NCBI GenBank assembly: GCA_051530055.1
Contig: CM121343.1
Location: 3,938,389-4,002,388, forward strand
DNA length: 64,000 nucleotides
From: Neoechinorhynchus agilis
Lineage: Eukaryota; Animalia; Acanthocephala
Direction of reading: 5' to 3'
Within the stretch, counting starts at the first letter, position 1, and every line of letters begins with the position of its first letter. The notes below the pieces were generated by a model that did not search any database, was not told the DNA's origin, and saw only the letters and a program-made list of their open reading frames with translations. A program made the translations under genes and the position numbers. Positions 1 to 12,983 of this stretch are shown here, in pieces.

Positions 1-240
1 GAGTTGTAGTGAATCCATTCTAGCACCACGTATAAACTGTCTTTGGATACCAATAGATAATGGATACTCAAATAAACAGACTAAGGTGTCGTCCATGCAG
101 CAAGCAGACAGGTCATATTCGGCAATCACTTCGTCATCTTCGTCAGAATCTACCATTGATATTTCTCTAAAATAAACTCGTATGGTTATAGGGATGAAAC
201 CAAGCGCATTGTTGATCCGAAACAAAGGATATCCTCATGA

Positions 241-445
241 GAAAATCCCTCGGGATGATGGAGTTGGAGGTGTGGTAATATCGTCCGGATAAAAGGTATT
301 TTATTGATGATATTTCGAAAAAGGAAGCTTCGCCTCATTAGTCATTGTAAATTAATCTAATCCGGACGAGACGAAGCTTCCTCTTTCGAAATATCCTCAA
401 CAAAATACCTTTTATCCGGGGGGAATATCATCGCCACAAACCCAT
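241..445. mobile_element. Hairpin MITE-like element (family 1)
   Basis: Inverted arms ccggataaaaggtattttattgatgatatttcgaaaaaggaagcttcg / cgaagcttcctctttcgaaatatcctcaacaaaataccttttatccgg (about 285-419). The core atatttcgaaagaggaa recurs at about 2.8, 4.3, 13.8, 54.7 and 63.8 kb. Confidence 0.7.
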
Positions 446-449
446 GAGC

Positions 450-1690
450 AGTTCAAGGACTTAGAGCTCCACGTTTTTATCGAAACTGCCGTCACTTTCT
501 CTGTAAAGAATTTCAGCCCTGCCTAGTAAACAAAAAGTTCAACTCATTTAAGGATAAATAACGACATAAATAGAAATCCTTCGGGATGATGGAGTTGAAG
601 ATGCAGTAATCATATGAAAACCAATGATTGAACCGTTCAAGGATTTAGAGCTCCACTTCCTTATCAATGCCGTCACTTTCTCTGTAAGAATTTCAGCCCT
701 GCCTAGTAAACAAAAAGTTCAACTCATTTAAAAAAAACATAATAAATCCTTCGAATGGATTGAAGATGCATAATCATATGAAAACCAATGATTGAACCGT
801 TCAAGGATTTAGAGCTCCACTTCCTTATCGAAAATGCCGTCACTTTCTCTGTAAAGAATTTCAGCCCTGCCTAGTAAACAAAAAGTTCAACTCATTTAAG
901 GATAAATAACGACATAAATAGAAATCCTTCGGGATGATGGAATTGAAGATGCAGTAATCATATGAAAACCAATGATTGAACCGTTCAAGGATTTAGAGCT
1001 CCACTTCCTTATCGAAAATGCCGTCACTTTCTCTGTAAAGAATTTCAGCCCTGCCTAGTAAACAAAAAGTTCAACTCATTTAAGGATAAATAACGACATA
1101 AATAGAAATCCTTCGGGATGATGGAATTGAAGATGCAGTAATCATATGAAAACCAATGATTGAACCGTTCAAGGATTTAGAGCTCCACTTCCTTATCGAA
1201 AATGCCGTCACTTTCTCTGTAAAGAATTTCAGCCCTGCCTAGTAAACAAAAAGTTCAACTCATTTAAGGATAAATAACGACATAAATAGAAATCCTTCGG
1301 GATGATGGAATTGAAGATGCAGTAATCATATGAAAACCAATGATTGAACCGTTCAAGGATTTAGAGCTCCACTTCCTTATCGAAAATGCCGTCACTTTCT
1401 CTGTAACGAATTTCAGCCCTGCCTAGTAAACAAAAAGTTCAACTCATTTAAGGATAAATAACGACATAAATAGAAATCCTTCGGGATGATGGAATTGAAG
1501 ATGCAGTAATCATATGAAAACCAATGATTGAACCGTTCAAGGATTTAGAGCTCCACGTTTTTATCGAAAATGCCGTCACTTTCTCTGTAAAGAATTTCAG
1601 CCCTGCCTAGTAAACAAAAAGTTCAACTCATTTAAGGATAAATGAGGACATAAATAAAAATCCTTCGGGATGATGGAATTGGAGGTGTGA
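450..1690 (+). repeat. Tandem array, 184-bp unit, about 6.7 copies
   Basis: gatttagagctcc recurs at 806, 990, 1174, 1358, 1542 (period 184); the first units are more diverged. Confidence 0.97.
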
Positions 1691-2159
1691 CGGTGGCGAT
1701 ATCGATCAGATGAACGACCCCGAACAACAAACGTACTCAGATACATGAATAATGCGAGCGATAATGACTACGGGCTAAGATTGTGTAGGTGGATAAATAC
1801 AATAACTGGAGCATTGTTAAGCCTTTCTTCCAGGTGAGTGATGATCGTGGCCCTGGCGGTGTTTCTTCGAAATCATCGTTCAATGACAAAGTAACGTGTT
1901 TTTTTGAACATGAAGTATTTGTTTTTTCGATCAAACAATGGGTTATAGCGAGGCAGATAAACACTAAGGATTGAATGTGGGTATTGGACTTATATTCGTT
2001 TGACTCATTGCATCTATTTTTCTGCAGAAATTCGTTAGTGCTGACGTAACTCAAAAAGTGTAAGCATTTAGATCCGAATTGGATTATTTTATTATTTATT
2101 TATTATCAAAGGCCACATACACTCATTGGTCTTGTGACATCTTCTTTGATAGCTTCGGC

Positions 2160-2305
2160 TATATTCCTTTTTGAGCCTTTCGGCTAGCTTGCACACAACG
2201 GAAGCGCTTAGCCGCACACAACCGTGGAACCCAGCGACCGGTGGTGTTGAAACAGCGACATATCAAGCGCATTATGAACGCGCGCATCACACGGCCACTG
2301 GGCCC
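2160..2305 (+). repeat. Dispersed, internally deleted copy of the GC-rich 265-bp repeat at 51.6-52.3 kb (opposite orientation)
   Basis: Shares cgtggaacccagcgaccggtgg...gcgcattRtgaacgcgc...cacacggccactgggccc with the reverse complement of 51617-52340. Confidence 0.85.
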
Positions 2306-2994
2306 GAATTGGATAAAAGTCCATTGTACCCCACCGCAGCGTATGGAGCAGACCCTGTTTTTACTTTCAAAGCGGCGCACATCACTTAGGATATTCTGAA
2401 AATCAATATCGATGACACTTGATCACCTTTAATCTTGAATTATCGTTAGTCTATCGCTCGTAAGCTCTAACTTTGCGGACGGTGGTAATTGCACGTTTTG
2501 TACTTTAACAAATAAAATTTAATGGGTTTAAAAAGAATTCTTAAACCAATAATGACGTTAGATAGATCACATCCGTAGACTTGCAATGCTACCACCGATA
2601 AAGTAAAATCCGATGACGGTATAGCAAAAAATCCCATTCATAAGACCAGTTTCGAAGTACCTAACGAAAATCCGATTCAGTGTGCTTTAAATTTTTGATA
2701 TTCCTTAGGTTTTTCACGAAAAAACACGCTTTATACCATTTAATGCGTTTTATATTGCTTCGATAAGATGAACATTGCGATCAATCATACCAAAAAAATC
2801 ATAAATATTGAATGGTGGATTCCTTTATTATTGTGAAATATTTCGAAAGAGGGAACCTCAAACTTACAAGCAATGAAATAAAAGAATCTTGAACCGGGAT
2901 TATGCTCACCGCCATCCAAATTGCGATCAATATAATCTCGTAAAATATAACTTGATTTTCATGCTTCGATGTCGCTACTTTAAAATCTTTTAAA

Positions 2995-3060
2995 CTTAAG
3001 CCGAAAGACGGCGAGAGCTCGGGAATAAAGGTATTTTTCTAAAATCATTGCAACAGCTCT
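2995..3060 (+). repeat. Dispersed repeat resembling a decayed Penelope-type minimal hammerhead/pLTR end
   Basis: gccg-aaaga-cggc-gaga-gctc-gggaataaaggtatttttctaaaatcattgcaacagc; near-identical to 44306-44365. Confidence 0.5.
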
Positions 3061-3365
3061 CTTCCAATTGTCCTTTTTTTTAAAACATATTTGAAAACGT
3101 TGACCACTTAATTGATTTGTAGATGGGTATCGCAAAATTAGCCGTTTCCCAACTTTATGCGGAAGGTCAGAAGAATAAAGGTGTAATGGGAGAAGGATCT
3201 CAAGCGAGTGCACAGATTAAAGAAATTCTTAAATTCTACACTGCTTTATATGAGTTTTAACGTAAGCAATGTTTGCAAAAAAACCCATCCTAAAGAGTTT
3301 TATTCTTTTAACATGCTCTTGACCAATTTACACTCCCATGAAGACACGGGCTCGGATGGTATTGC

Positions 3366-5636
3366 TCAGTGACGGAGATCTACAATTGAAACTGCGCCAT
3401 CTGATAAACTAGCACCGATCCTGTCGCCCCTTGAATTCCATGAGACATTAAAGACGCTTCCGGAGCATTTATATTTCTGTGCCAATCTACCTGCCTTAAA
3501 AGGTTTTTGCTTAGATGTATAAAAAATTGAAGCAATTATACCTGAATGTCCCAAATAAAAATTTGTCGATCAAACGATCCAGATGCCAGCAATTGTCCGC
3601 TAGGACTGAATGAAACGGAATAAACTGGTTCGGTGTGACCGGATAATACAAGCAAACAAGTCCCCTTTTGAACTTCCCATATTCTTACGTTTGATTCGAA
3701 TGAAGCACTCGCCAACAACAATCTTCCAAACGGGTTATTGGTGTTCGGACCTGTCGGACTCCAACAAATGGTGTAGATTTCCTTAGTGTGACCATCAAAA
3801 CTAAAGAGACAATCTTCATTTTTTGGAGACCATACTTTTACGGTCATATCGTCGGAACATGAAGCTAGAAGTTGTCCTTGCGGATCCCATTTGATAGCGT
3901 TTATTTCCCCTTTATGACCTAGAAAGCTTCGAAGAGGTTTCTCAGCGCCAACTCGACATACATAGATCTTTTCATCGGCGGAGCATGTCGCGAATATTGT
4001 GTCAGTCTGCCAATCAACATCGAGCACTCGAGATTCGTGAAGATGACTCGGCAGATTATGGGTTAAGAAAAGAACAGGGAATTTAATATTAACACCGAAA
4101 TATTATCATTAAAAATTGAACAAATCCTGGACCCGGGGGGCACACATTTTTAGCATAACCAACCGATAAAACGTTTTATTAGCTGACACACACTGATGCC
4201 CATGTGATTTCGCCCTAATCAAAAAATCATTTTATTCATCGATAAAAAATCCTTTAGGTTAGTCAAAGTATTATTTTGGTGATAATAATCCCGGTAATAG
4301 CACATCAATAAAAAATTTTATTGTTCACGAAATATTTCGGAAGAGGAAAGCTCGCTTTTGTGAATTCCTCTTTCGAAATATTTCGCGGACAATAAAATGA
4401 TTTTTCGATTATGGTGAGTATATTCATTACACACACAAGTTAAAACACAAAAATTATTAGAAGTGTTCAGTTGATAAATAATTTTTTTATTAAAGACGTT
4501 TTGCGAACCTCACAGTAAAGATGTTTATAATTTACTTTTTTTCATAATTGATTTATTTGATAATTTTCGGCCTTCGCCTAGGCCTTCTTCAGTCTATTGT
4601 TTTGTAAGTTTTTAGGCCGAAAATTATCAAATAAATCAGTTATTTGATAATTCGCTATGAAAAAAGTGTTGACAAAAGTACAAAACGATACTCGAGTGCT
4701 TAAAAGGGTTTCCGAGTGAAATGAATCCTCAATGACTCTCTTCTAATAAACAGTGATAGACCGATATTTTTGTTGTTGTTGTTGTTGAATACAACATATC
4801 GTTAAAAAAAGATGACTAAGAATCGCACATTTTCCTAAAACTAAGCGACATTACCGTTCCCGCTTAATAAACTCCATATCAGCCTTTCTATACTGCTGTT
4901 CGCATTTGCCCGTTTCAGCGTTCCACACTACCACTGACCGATCCCCAGCCGACAGAATGTAGTTTCCTTTATTATTCCATTTAAGTGAGAAGATAGGTCC
5001 TTCGTGTTGTCCGAGTATTCCCTTCAGTTGTCCATCACTAGTCCATATACGTGCGAATCCATCAAAAGATCCGGTACCTAATAGGGTTCCAGATGGATCC
5101 CATTCGAGAGTAGTTACATCCATATTACAGGGAATTGTGAATACGTCGGTCTTGCGAAATGAATGTCGCAATACCAATTGCGTAGGTTCTCTTGGCTCAA
5201 TAAGATTCCATATACGAGCAGTAGAATCTCCTGAGCCGGTTGCTAGCAAGTCCTCAAATGGATGCCACGAGCATATAAAAACCTCAGATTCATGACCGCG
5301 CAAGTTCATTTGGTTAGTTGACGTCATCGTCATTATTGACTGCGCGTTGCCGTTACATGAGTTCGTTACGTCACTTTTTTCATTGGGCCTTGCGAGATGC
5401 GGCGGCGGCGGAAGCGGTGGTGGTGGTGGTGGCGGTACGACCATGTTTGCCATTTCGAGTTCGTGGAACTGTAGTCCTCTCTGGACGAGACTTATGAGAG
5501 CCATTGAAGGTATCGAGGAAGGTTCGATCGACGAATGACTGAGACGACTCTCTACTCCAAATACAAAGGCAGAATGGTCGTAACCACACTCCTGAAGATA
5601 CCGATAGATAATATAATTTAACTCATCCTTGTTCAT
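3366..5636 (-). CDS. TBL1X: Transducin beta-like 1 (TBL1X/TBL1XR1/ebi), LisH + WD40, spliced (about 3 exons)
   Basis: LisH-type N-terminus [48 protein letters not shown], multiple GH..WD repeats; exons in ORFs 4851-5636, 3536-4027, 3366-3554. Confidence 0.93.
4300..4640. mobile_element. Two hairpin MITE-like elements in a TBL1X intron
   Basis: aaatatttcggaagaggaa/ttcctctttcgaaatattt (family 1, about 4330-4385) and tttatttgataattttcggcct/aggccgaaaattatcaaataaa (family 2, about 4550-4640). Confidence 0.65.
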
Positions 5637-5838
5637 TAGCGCGAGACTTCATGAATGACTAGCACACGAATCCATTTCGTCAAGGTTGTGACGTGTGTGT
5701 GTGAATATACCAAATGCTCATGTGAATCGATTCTTTCGTGTTTGTTTAAGAAATGTACTAGGTTCCGGCAACGATCTGATATAGCCGTCAACTACGTGTT
5801 TGTCATACCTTCATAATCTGTGGAGTGGTTTGCTTTAG

Positions 5839-8800
5839 ATGAATAACCAGAAGATTGTACAACTCATTTCATTCACACTTTTACCTTCGACTCAGGAGGT
5901 AGCCGACAGGGAGCTGAAAAGGGTACGTCATACGCGTACGATTTTCATAATGGTTTTTCTTCATTAGATAGCTAATGTAGAAGGATTCGCCGCCAGTCTA
6001 CTCAACATTAGCACTTGCTCTAATCTACCTCTAGCGATTCGTCAAGCTTCAGTTATCTTCTTGAAAAACATCATTCGTCGACGATGGAATAAATCGCGAA
6101 CTGGAATCATCACCATCAATAATAACGATGATGATGGACCGATGCCTGCTGCTGATATGATCTATGTGAGACATAATATCTGTAGCCATCTTAGGGATGC
6201 TGACGATCTTATCCGACGCCAATTAGTCGATATCATCAGGACAATCTTAGGATTTGAAGCCGATCGGAATGGCTGGCCCGAAATCCAGTGGTACGTCATC
6301 AAACTCATTAAATCAAACGATGCAAAAACAGTGCTTGCTGCACTCATCACTCTACATGAAATTAACAAACATCATCAATACAGACTCAATCCTTATAGGG
6401 AATCAGTTTTTAAACTCTTTGGAGTCATCAGTCCAGTTCTGCTTGGTCTTCTAGAACAAGCAATCACTGAGGGAGAATCTGATACATCTTTCAAATTTAT
6501 TCATCTGACTTTTAAAAGTTTTCGTCGGCTGATTCAATATGATCTTCCTTTAAACGAAATCCAACTTGAAGCCACTTGTGAATGGATCAACAAGGCCTGT
6601 CGAGTACTCAGTCTTTCTGTGCCTCAACGAGTGCAAAGAATCGGAGACGAAGCAATTCGGGAAAGTCATCCGTTTTGGAAGAGTCTTAAATGGGCTGGAT
6701 GTATTCTCAATCATGTAGTCGATAAATTCGGTAGACCAAAGGTTGCAACAAATGTATATGTTCCATTTTCCATGTTCTTCTTGGAAAATTTTCCGGGTAT
6801 GTAATTCTATCGTTATTTTCAATCAATCACATTATTTGTGTGAATTTCCGGAAAGAGGAAGATGCTGTCTTTTTCCATTACCTCCGACGTGAAATAAGTC
6901 AGTGAATTTAAATCCGAGATGCTTTCTATTTGAAATATTCATATTTATCTAAACGTAGCAAAAACTAAAAAAATGGCATCTAACTGGGGTGGGCCTAATT
7001 TTCTAGAGATGTTATTGTTTAGGTCGTTTGTGGACACCCGACAGAGATCGCGTTAAAAACGAATGTATTTCGACCGATTGATCAAATGACTCTGATTCAA
7101 TCGGTCGAAATACATTCGTCTTTAACGCGATCTCTGTCGGGTGTCCACAAACGACCTAAACAAGAAAATTTCCCTTCGAATCGGCATTATTGTTGAATAT
7201 TTAAAAATTCCTTTTTATAACAGAACGAGTAGTGTCTTCATGCTTACAAGTTTTGTATCGATTTGGCAATGACGAGTATGTATCTTCAAAGGTAATTTTT
7301 CAGATACTGTTATTCTTTGGCAAAGGGTACGTTATCCTTTTTGTGGCATATATATAATCCCCCTCTATTTTTGCTACTTGATTTTAGACTTTCATGTAAT
7401 CGCATTTGGTTACACATGAACGGACATGTGAATTTTTTGATCGATTCAGTCGTTTTCCGTTCACTGCACTTTAACGACGACGAGGAAGATATGATTGAGA
7501 ACGAGCCGATTGAGTTTTTAACTCTAAAGCACGAAGCTGATTATGATTTCGATTGTTCTTCATTTGCAGCCGCTTTATTCATTCAAGCGCTTACTCGAAA
7601 ACGCAAAGAAGGATTCGATTGTCTTATGCATTATTTTAACCACAAATTCGGTCTCTATGCCCAATTATTAGCTAAAGACAAGGAAGTCGTATTGCATATG
7701 ATGGGTATAAGTGCGTGTTCAATTATAAAACACAGTAAAGAGAATTACTCTCGCATTGGAGAATTTCTTACTTGTGTTGTGCTGCCGGACTGTCGATCCT
7801 CTGAAGCGTTCCTTCGATTCCGAGTATTCTGGCTTCTAATTGCATTCCGTAATTTACCTTTTCACACTGATGACGTTCGGTTGATTCTTAGTGAAGCACA
7901 TAGATGTCTCTGTGACACAAAAAAGGAATTGGTCGTAGTTAGAGTTGAAGCTGCCTCTTTGTTCATTGCTCTTATTAAAAGACATAAATTGATACTGAGA
8001 CCTGAAATCGATTCAAACAAACAAACAATTCTAATAGAACTCCTTGACTTAATACGCGAGAGCGAATACGATGGAACCCCACGTCTACTCAGAGAGTTCG
8101 TTAAGTTAATCGGTACTGATATTTCTTTGATTGCATCCGATGTGATTTCATCTCTTGCTGATACGTACATATGTCTTGTGATGAGTTCTATGTCAGCAGC
8201 TTCTAATAATGAAGAAGATCAATCAGAAGAAGTCGACGAATCGCGAGCTATGGCCGTAATGGAAATCAGTCAAGCACTCTGTAATATTTTGAGCTCTTTG
8301 GATTGCAAAACATGCCCAGGATATTCAAAGATAGAGACTAATGTACTTAGAATTGCTCGCTTCGTTTTAAGCCATCCCAGCCTCGAATTCCTTTCTGATG
8401 TAATAGAACTTATTTTTGAAATCACCAACGATCGCATAAGTGACGAATGCTGGACTATATTCGATACATGGTGCGAAATCAGTCTTCGGCATGATGGCGA
8501 CACTTTCGTTGAGATGATCAACACGTTCTATAACTTTGTGAACAATGGTCGCCAGAGTATGTTCGAAAACGATAGACATACCTTACTTTTCAGGACTTGC
8601 AAAACCCTTATAACCACCAACACAACCTCTGGAAGTGGTGACATCAAGGCAATGAATTACGCTGCTAAACTAATCGAGAACCTCGTTCTACAGAGTGCTA
8701 AAGTGGACGTGACTAAATTCGACCGACGCTTATTTCTATCTGATGTAACTGATTTCTTCTTGGAGAAATTTCTTGTATCGGATAATGTTTCAAGCAATAT

Positions 8801-9931
8801 AGTCAGCAGCAGTCTTCTAAATGTCGCCGCTGTACTGTTTGTTGATCTTGAAGTATTTGTTAGTCGGGTAGTGAGCCAAGATTCCACATTACCCGTATTC
8901 CTGCAATTTCTTGAGAAATGGATAAATCGATGTACCAAGTATAAAAGGTGCGCGATCACTTGAGAATAATTAGTCGATTAGATCCAAAATTATTTTAGAC
9001 TTCATGCTCAATTGCTTCAAGTTGTGGGATTCTCGCGTCTTATAGATATATACGCTACCTCTGCATCTTTACGGCTTTCTCCTGAGCACCCCCAGCATGG
9101 TCTGGGCAGAAATCTTTGCGCAGACATAGAAGCTTTGCTGCCTCAAATCGGTCAAGCGATTTTTATCTCGGTCCATCAACTCCAACGAACCCTTGAAGGT
9201 TAGAAGAGCGTAGAGCAGGGTTGCGAGTTCGTGTATCAATAACTTTGTTTTTTGGAATTTTTCGACATTCAACCCGAATACCTTTAACTTTTCGTGGTTT
9301 TAGCAAAGCAAAAGCTGAATAATGAAGTGGCAAACAGTTTATATGATGAGGATGAGAGTGTCATTGGAAGTAGTGATGTTTCGTCATTGGAGGGCGATAG
9401 TCCAGACGATGAATATGAAAACGGCTCTGAGACCACCGATAGTGTAATAAAATCGTATAACCAACTCAAAATGGTTGAGTCGGCCAGCGCAAGCATCGGT
9501 GTTGCTACGGCTTCAAATGTCTTATTAAACCACCAGGTTCAATCAGCTTCTCATTTAAATCCTTGTCATCCTTACAATGAATGCAACATAATCATTGGAT
9601 TTGTGATTGAAGGGGCGGGTGATCATAGATTATAACTCAATCGCAATCCTTAAGTGATTTTCCTACTTGGATTGATGGATCCAACGGCGTGGACGGACTG
9701 CGATTAACGCGGTGCGCACTTCAGCGATTCAAAACGGCAGAAATCGGTGCTTACAATCTATTGGTTGACGCGATACCGGAGAAAGATGAGTTTCTAAGAT
9801 GTTTGAACTTCAGCGACGAACGGCGATTTATCAAAGTTCGCAGAACATTAAATCGCAATGGCAATCCGCAAGTTGTACAGCCTCCTCCCATAACCGGAGC
9901 GAAGGAAGCAGAAGTAACGCGTGCGATGTGA
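5839..9931 (+). CDS. IPO7: Importin-7/8 family nuclear import receptor, spliced
   Basis: IBN_N-like IRQASVIFLKNIIRRRW; PFWKSLKWA; VVFRSLHFNDDEEDMIENEPIEF; FLRFRVFW; acidic C-terminal tract. First exon MNNQKIVQL from 5839; last exon in ORF 9689-9931. IPO7 versus IPO8 not resolved. Confidence 0.85.
7015..7163. repeat. Near-perfect palindrome (about 67-70 bp arms) in an IPO7 intron
   Basis: ttgtttaggtcgtttgtggacacccgacagagatcgcgtt...cgaccgattga mirrored by tcaatcggtcg...ccacaaacgacctaaacaa, with one mismatch and one bulge. Confidence 0.92.
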
Positions 9932-9985
9932 GAGCGAAGAAGATTGTAATAAACTTCATGCAATTTCATTAATCAAAATAACACG

Positions 9986-12983
9986 CTACATTGGCATTAT
10001 CGGTTTGTAGAAACATGTAGTTACGTACTTCTCCCTGAAACGAGTAGTGGTGCTCAATACCAGCACTCCGTCCCTTATCGATAAAGCATACAAGTGTCGA
10101 AGCATCACGTGGTTCGGCTCAGGAAGGAGAGTTGGCTCACAATGCGTCGATGTGTCTTTGTTCAAAATAATGTTTGTAAGATGTGGAGGAAGCATCGGTG
10201 GACGATCAAGCACATTCGCAAACGCTCTGGGCGGGATCTCATCACCGTAAGACAAATTTTCGCTACCTATGAAATCATCGCTAGCTTCTGGCTCACCTGC
10301 AACAACCGCATTTGACGCAATCACTTGAGACTTACAAACCGAATTGTTCCGAAGATGATTCATCTCGGCATCCGCTTTAAGTGCACTCATCACGTCAAAG
10401 TCACTCTTTCTTACGATCACAATATTGTTCTGGCCGTTAAAACCATCACTTAAGAACGCTGATTAACAATGATACATTAAAGTTCGCCGTAGTTGTGGCA
10501 AAAAAAGACTTGGAAAATAGTTTATACGTTATTTTAAATCTTAGAAGAGGGTGTCAATGTTTTTATAGAAATAAAAAGTGCATCCTGCCGCAATAACTTA
10601 ATACTAAGGGATAAATTTCAGGTTTGACCACATTGAAAGAAAATCCGCCGGGATGATAAACCCCAGATTCGCCGTAGTTGTGGCAAAAAAGACTTGGAAA
10701 ATCGTTTATACGTTATTTTAAATCTTAGAAGAGGGTGTCAATGTTTTTATAGAAATAAAAAGTGCATCCTGCCGCAATAACTTAATACTAAGGGATAAAT
10801 TTCAGGTTTGACCACATTGAAAGAAAATCCGCCGGGATGATAAACCCAGATTCGCCGTAGTTGTGGCAAAAAAGACTTGGAAAATCGTTTATACGTTATT
10901 TTAAATCTTAGAAGAGGGTGTCAATGTTTTTATAGAAATAAAAAGTGCATCCTGCCGCAATAACTTAATACTAAGGGATAAATTTCAGGTTTGACCACAT
11001 TGAAAGAAAATCCGCCGGGATGATAAACCCCAGATTCGCCGTAGTTGTGGCAAAAAAGACTTGGAAAATCGTTTATACGTTATTTTAAATCTTAGAAGAG
11101 GGTGTCAATGTTTTTATAGAAATAAAAAGTGCATCCTGCCGCAATAACTTAATACTAAGGGATAAATTTCAGGTTTGACCACATTGAAAGAAAATCCGCC
11201 GGGATGATAAACCCCAGATTCGCCGTAGTTGTGGCAAAAAAAGACTTGGAAAATCGTTTATACGTTATTTTAAATCTTAGAAGAGGGTGTCAATGTTTTT
11301 ATAGAAATAAAAAGTGCATCCTGCCGCAATAACTTAATACTAAGGGATAAATTTCAGGTTTGACCACATTGAAAGAAAATCCGCCGGGATGATAAACCCC
11401 AGATTCGCCGTAGTTGTGGCAAAAAAGACTTGGAAAATCGTTTATACGTTATTTTAAATCTTAGAAGAGGGTGTCAATGTTTTTATAGAAATAAAAAGTG
11501 CATCCTGCCGCAATAACTTAATACTAAGGGATAAATTTCAGGTTTGACCACATTGAAAGAAAATCCGCCGGGATGATAAACCCCAGATTCGCCGTAGTTG
11601 TGGCAAAAAAGACTTGGAAAATCGTTTATACGTTATTTTAAATCTTAGAAGAGGGTGTCAATGTTTTTATAGAAATAAAAAGTGCATCCTGCCGCAATAA
11701 CTTAATACTAAGGGATAAATTTCAGGTTCAACTACACTGAGAGAAAATTTGTCGGGATGATAAAGTTAGAGGTTTCTTTTAACAAAGATCTTCATTAGAA
11801 TTCTAATTTCAGGTTTATGAGAATTAAGCACGGTGCACAACATATTTGAAAATGTATATATTTTCATGGATCGCGGGACCACTGAGCGCACTTTAAGAAT
11901 AGAAAGCGGTTGGAAATACAGTGATGATATTGCGGTTTGATTGAAAGTGCCACTGAGGCAAAGAAGATTGAAGTTTAAGAACGTGTTACCCAGGCCTCCA
12001 ACAATACGCAAAGTTTCGAGCGGTTCGCGATAAAATCATGTTAGACCGATATCTCCGCTGCAACAAATTGCACACGGATAAAGATGTTCCTCCTTTCTCG
12101 TCGGAGTTGGAAAATGGTTTGTAAGAGAAAATGGATACGATCAAAATACCAAAACCTCACAAAAAGATTAATTTGTTGTATATTAACGATTTAAATGGGG
12201 GGGTTTAAGCCGAGAATGTACCATCGGGTAAATTCGAAGCGCCAGTCCCAAACCCGGTTAAATGGGGAGGGTTGACGTCAGGAAGGGCATCCGGTCGTAA
12301 AACCCTGTGCCAAAACTATCTAATTTCGAACTTGTTAGTTAAGAGCAAGGAATTGAAAATAGACGTCAACATAGTACAATAAATTTCAACTGGCTGCCAA
12401 TAGAAATGAGCAATCAGCGTTAGAGTACAGCTGCGTCATTCATTGAGCACTCCCATTTACCGTCGGCGATAAATTTGTATTGATGTTCACCTTCTGGAAG
12501 TTCCAAAATAGCTAAGAAATCACAATCAGACTTAACCATAGGTACTTTATGTGTCCATTCGGTAAATGAACCGATTAAATATACCTCTTTGACTTTGGTT
12601 AACAAATTTTTTGGATCGTATCGAAAGACAACGGGGACAGTTGGTTGTTGGTGTAATTGCACACAAGTTGACGTAGGGCCTGAATTCGGCATGCTAAGAC
12701 CGGAATCAGACGAATTTTCGGCGTTGGACAAATCAGGGTGAGCTCCTAACGATAGACGTTGTAGATTGATGCTGAGGCTGTCTTTGATGCATTTAGTAGC
12801 TGAAAGAGGCTTTGTAGAATTTGATTCAGAACAATGCCGAGTACGTTTGCAGACATTGGTAGTGAGGAAAGCTTCTGAAGTGCATACCTCATTCGTTGGG
12901 GTTCGAGAATTATATGTTTGATCATTAACGACTGGCGACGTAGATTGCGTTGCATTATGATTGGTTGTGCTTTGATTACCCAT
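9986..12983 (-). CDS. PRKAB1: AMP-activated protein kinase beta subunit, spliced
   Basis: MGN myristoylation-type start; carbohydrate-binding module (VYLIGSF..W, ILELPEGEHQYKFIADGKW); C-terminal PPMLPPHL, LLPEPNHVML.HLYALSIRDGV..LS.T.RFREKYVTT..YKP. Paralog number is nominal. Confidence 0.95.
10481..11775 (+). repeat. Tandem array, 184-bp unit, about 7 copies, in the AMPK beta intron
   Basis: ttcgccgtag at 10483, 10668, 10851, 11035, 11219, 11404, 11588. Confidence 0.97.
12241..12315 (+). other. Partial twister-ribozyme-like / RTE 5'-end-like remnant
   Basis: gccagtcccaaacccgg-ttaaat-ggggagggttg resembles twister P4/L4 and the 3' L1 strand; followed by gtcaggaagggcatccggtcgtaaaacc, which I recall from RTE 5' regions. 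The 5' P1/UAA part is missing. Confidence 0.4.

Noticed and set aside
450-1690. CRISPR array (also considered for the other tandem arrays)
   Set aside because: Units are repeated end to end with no unique spacers, there are no cas genes, and the context is eukaryotic.
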